NCBI GenBank assembly: GCA_032718475.1
Contig: JAUCBJ010000193.1
Coordinates: forward strand, 38,346 to 102,345
Source: Nemertoderma westbladi
Lineage: Eukaryota > Animalia > Xenacoelomorpha
Direction: 5' to 3'
Length of the DNA stretch: 64,000 nucleotides
Shown: positions 61,055 to 64,000 of the stretch, piece by piece
Layout: each line of letters starts with the position of its first letter
Numbering within the stretch: position 1 is the stretch's first letter
The notes under the pieces: generated by a model
Databases searched by the model: none
Seen by the model: only the letters and a program-made list of their open reading frames with translations
What the model was told of the DNA's origin: nothing
Translations under genes and position numbers: made by a program

Positions 61055-63979
61055 TCATGTAGGTTGATGTTCATAGTTCATTAAAAACAGGGCAGCCTTC
61101 AGCTTCGACAATCCACGAGGAAATGAGGTGCAATTAATGTAATGGGTGGCTTCTGTTGCTTGGCAACTGCATAAACAGCAAATGCATGAATCGATAGGTG
61201 ACCAGCAGTTCGGTGTGGAACATAGCTTATGGTGGCAACCGTTTGACACTAGCTGTGCCATTGATCGCCGCCGATAGCCTGTTAAACCCGCTAAGTTAGT
61301 GTCAGAGCTCGAAGCGTTGTCAATTGATTCTAGAATAGGGGTGGACCGGGCATATTTCGAGATTCCGCACCACATTTTCCAGTAAAAGGCACGTACTTTA
61401 CGTATATGTTCCAAAGAGTTAATATTATCTTTTGTGGTGAATATATCACAACCATATGTTACTGTCGGAAGGACAATAGCTATGTATAATTTCCTAGCGG
61501 TTTCCATGTTAGTCATTGGTAGGTTGACTTTGGTGGCGATTCGAGCACAACATGCTATACCTTTCTTATATAGGTGTGTGTAGTGTTTGCTGGCGCCGTT
61601 CTTTGTGGATAGTACCACTCCTAGATATTCGAAACTATCACAAAATTCTATACTTTGTCCCATATATGTCAATATATCTGATCTTGCCGGGTGTCCACCT
61701 CTCCTGAATTTTACGGCTTTTGTTTTCGACAAATTGACTGTCAGATTGTTTACCCTGCAGTATTCAGCAAGTTTATCCAGTGATTCTTGTACATCAGCTA
61801 TTGTTTGTCCAGCGATTACAAGGTCGTCCGCATACATCCATATCCAACATGCTGCTATAGCGATCGCAGCAGGGAGATCGTGTACAAATAGTGCAAATAA
61901 TAAAGGTGAGAGTTTGTCGCCTTGAACTACCCCGATTGTTTGCGCAATTGGATCTAATACGTAATTGCCGATGCAGATACATACAAAATTAATTGCTAGA
62001 ATGGACCATAGTACTTCTATAAACTTTTTGCTTACACCGCAGGATGAAAGCTTGGTGCATAGTAGCTCCCTGTTCACAGAATCGAAGGCCTTAGTGAAAT
62101 CGATGAAAACACAATATAAGTGGCCTCCTGGCAATGAAATAGAGGATGAAATCCGATTGAATAACTGACGGACCGCCATGAGAGTTGACCTGCCCCGTCT
62201 GAATCCATACTGTTCGTCTGGGAAAGCACCCACAGATTCAGCCCATTTATACATTCTGTTTGCTAGGATCGACGTATATGTTTTCAAGACACACGATAAC
62301 AGTGCAATACCCCTATAATTGCCAGGCTCCGATTTCGTTCCTTTACCTTTGAATAAGGGCAATAAGTAGGCGGTCAGCCACATCGCTGGAAGTTTGGCCA
62401 GGCTAAAACAGAGTTGAAATAATACCAGCAGATATGGCAGGATAATACCAAACCCATGTTTCATTGATTCATTTGATATCCCATCAGGTCCAGTGGCTTT
62501 CCCCGATTTCTGATTGGATACGGCCTCTGTAATCTCGGCTCCGTCTATTGGTTTATCAAGGACAATATTGGGCTGTTCAGGCACTGTGGGTAAATTGGGT
62601 TTGTTAGCCGCTGAGAGCAGCGAAGTAAAATGTGTAGTCCATGCCGCCCTTGTTACCTGTTGAGACAATGGCTTTGGTGTCACTTTCGATTTAAGGATTT
62701 TCCAGAATGAAACTTTATCCGATTCACATTCTTCTATTATTTTGAGTTCTTCCTTGGCTTCATAACATTTCTTCTTACTTATTAGCAAGTTCTTGTAATT
62801 TCGGCGTTGTTGGGTGTATTTATTGCGGTTTTCTGTCGACAGCGTTTCTCGCATTCTGTTGAAACTTTCTGTCACTTCTCTTTTTGCAGTCCGGCAGTCG
62901 TTATCAAACCAGCGCTTTGTCCGTCTCTCTTTGTGTGGTTTTGCAGAACCTTGTAATGCGTTTGCTATATAATCCCACGATGTATCAACCCCTTGCCTTA
63001 AAGCATCCTCAAAGTCGCCACTTTTCAACAGTTTGTTGAGTTTATCAACATCAATCTTCCGAATTGTAGGCGTTCGTTGTTGTCTGGATTCAAAACCGTC
63101 GCACACTACATTTACAACTATGGCCTGGTGCTTTGTATTTGTGGTTGGTTTAACAGTAATCTCCACGCGGTTCAATATAGAGTCGTCTACAAATACTAAG
63201 TCGATTGTGCTCTGTCCGTTCCATGAGTAATATGTTGGAATTGTCGGATCATTAATACAGTGTAAATCTGCTGCTGATAAACCACAGCACAATAAATCAC
63301 CTCGATCGTCTGAGTCATCATCTATTCTACAGTTGAAATCACCCGTAAGTATAATAACGTTCCCTGTTTTGTTTCTGATGCTGTTAATTATTGGGATGAG
63401 CTCACATAGAATATCTTCAACGTTTATCCCGGGGGCGAAGTAACACGATATTACTACAAAGTCCCCAACAGATACAGCGATTACTGACTTAGTGGACACT
63501 ATGACCTTTTGAAGTACATTGAGTTTCGTATTTATTCCAACTGTAATGCCGCCAACTGGACGTCCTCTGGCAGGTTTAGCGCACGGAATATTAAATGATG
63601 TGTATCCCGGAATAATCAGGTCAAGTTCCATTGTTTCAGTGAGCAGTAGAACATCGGTGTCACTGAGGGTGTTGTCCATAGTCGTATCCATTGTCGATTG
63701 GAAACCTTCCACATTCCACACAACAAAGCTGATAGATTTACTAGGTACATTTGAGTCACAGGGAAGGTTCTCTGAGAACGGGAGGGCTGTGAGTAATACA
63801 ACGTTTTCCGCTACATTATATCTACTGCATAGGGATTGATGCTTGAGTAAACTGGCGTTATATCTGTACGGTTTCCCACATCCAATGCATATAGTTTTTC
63901 CTGGGATCGGCCGGGTGTTGGATTTTGTTGTGCTAGTTTTTACAGTTGATAAGTTCGAGGGTTCTCTTGTATCTTTGAG
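61055..63979 (-). CDS. LINE ORF2 (APE + RT, CR1/L2-group), apparently intact, with N-terminal zinc finger and Cys-rich C-terminus; element continues past the window edge
   Basis: WNVEG, LLTET, GDFN, STIDLVF, NYRGIAL, QYGFR, FIDFTKAFD, QGDKLSPLLF, YADD and YLG. The frame stays open upstream of 63721 up to a TGA at 63980-63982. Confidence 0.9.
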   Translation of the reverse strand, partial: LKDTREPSNLSTVKTSTTKSNTRPIPGKTICIGCGKPYRYNASLLKHQSLCSRYNVAENVVLLTALPFSENLPCDSNVPSKSISFVVWNVEGFQSTMDTTMDNTLSDTDVLLLTETMELDLIIPGYTSFNIPCAKPARGRPVGGITVGINTKLNVLQKVIVSTKSVIAVSVGDFVVISCYFAPGINVEDILCELIPIINSIRNKTGNVIILTGDFNCRIDDDSDDRGDLLCCGLSAADLHCINDPTIPTYYSWNGQSTIDLVFVDDSILNRVEITVKPTTNTKHQAIVVNVVCDGFESRQQRTPTIRKIDVDKLNKLLKSGDFEDALRQGVDTSWDYIANALQGSAKPHKERRTKRWFDNDCRTAKREVTESFNRMRETLSTENRNKYTQQRRNYKNLLISKKKCYEAKEELKIIEECESDKVSFWKILKSKVTPKPLSQQVTRAAWTTHFTSLLSAANKPNLPTVPEQPNIVLDKPIDGAEITEAVSNQKSGKATGPDGISNESMKHGFGIILPYLLVLFQLCFSLAKLPAMWLTAYLLPLFKGKGTKSEPGNYRGIALLSCVLKTYTSILANRMYKWAESVGAFPDEQYGFRRGRSTLMAVRQLFNRISSSISLPGGHLYCVFIDFTKAFDSVNRELLCTKLSSCGVSKKFIEVLWSILAINFVCICIGNYVLDPIAQTIGVVQGDKLSPLLFALFVHDLPAAIAIAACWIWMYADDLVIAGQTIADVQESLDKLAEYCRVNNLTVNLSKTKAVKFRRGGHPARSDILTYMGQSIEFCDSFEYLGVVLSTKNGASKHYTHLYKKGIACCARIATKVNLPMTNMETARKLYIAIVLPTVTYGCDIFTTKDNINSLEHIRKVRAFYWKMWCGISKYARSTPILESIDNASSSDTNLAGLTGYRRRSMAQLVSNGCHHKLCSTPNCWSPIDSCICCLCSCQATEATHYINCTSFPRGLSKLKAALFLMNYEHQPT

Positions 63980-64000
63980 TCAGGTCGTTATTCCAGTTGT

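Overview
AT-rich, repeat-dense eukaryotic (most likely invertebrate animal) genomic DNA; nothing prokaryotic. There are two host genes. CEP290 (+ strand) can be reconstructed from only three coding exons (16011-16199, 19839-19943 and a 6975-bp terminal exon 39377-46351; about 2420 aa). The convergent MPDU1 (- strand, 53474-54166) has an intronless CDS. The rest is mostly mobile DNA: about 16 kb of one young RTE-clade LINE family (one intact copy and seven partial or nested copies), a decayed CRE-like element, a BEL/Pao pol remnant hosting a recent 8.7-kb RT-less LTR element, a TA-flanked MITE, CR1/L2-group LINEs, and six tandem arrays. The most striking pattern is that unrelated tandem arrays start at or abut splice sites. 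About 80 copies of the CEP290 exon-1/intron-1 junction itself are amplified, a 20-bp array starts at the intron-2 donor, a C-rich array precedes the exon-3 acceptor, and a 5.5-kb three-state satellite abuts the putative MPDU1 acceptor. All calls are from reading the sequence by eye; splice models and family assignments are not confirmed by RNA data or database searches.
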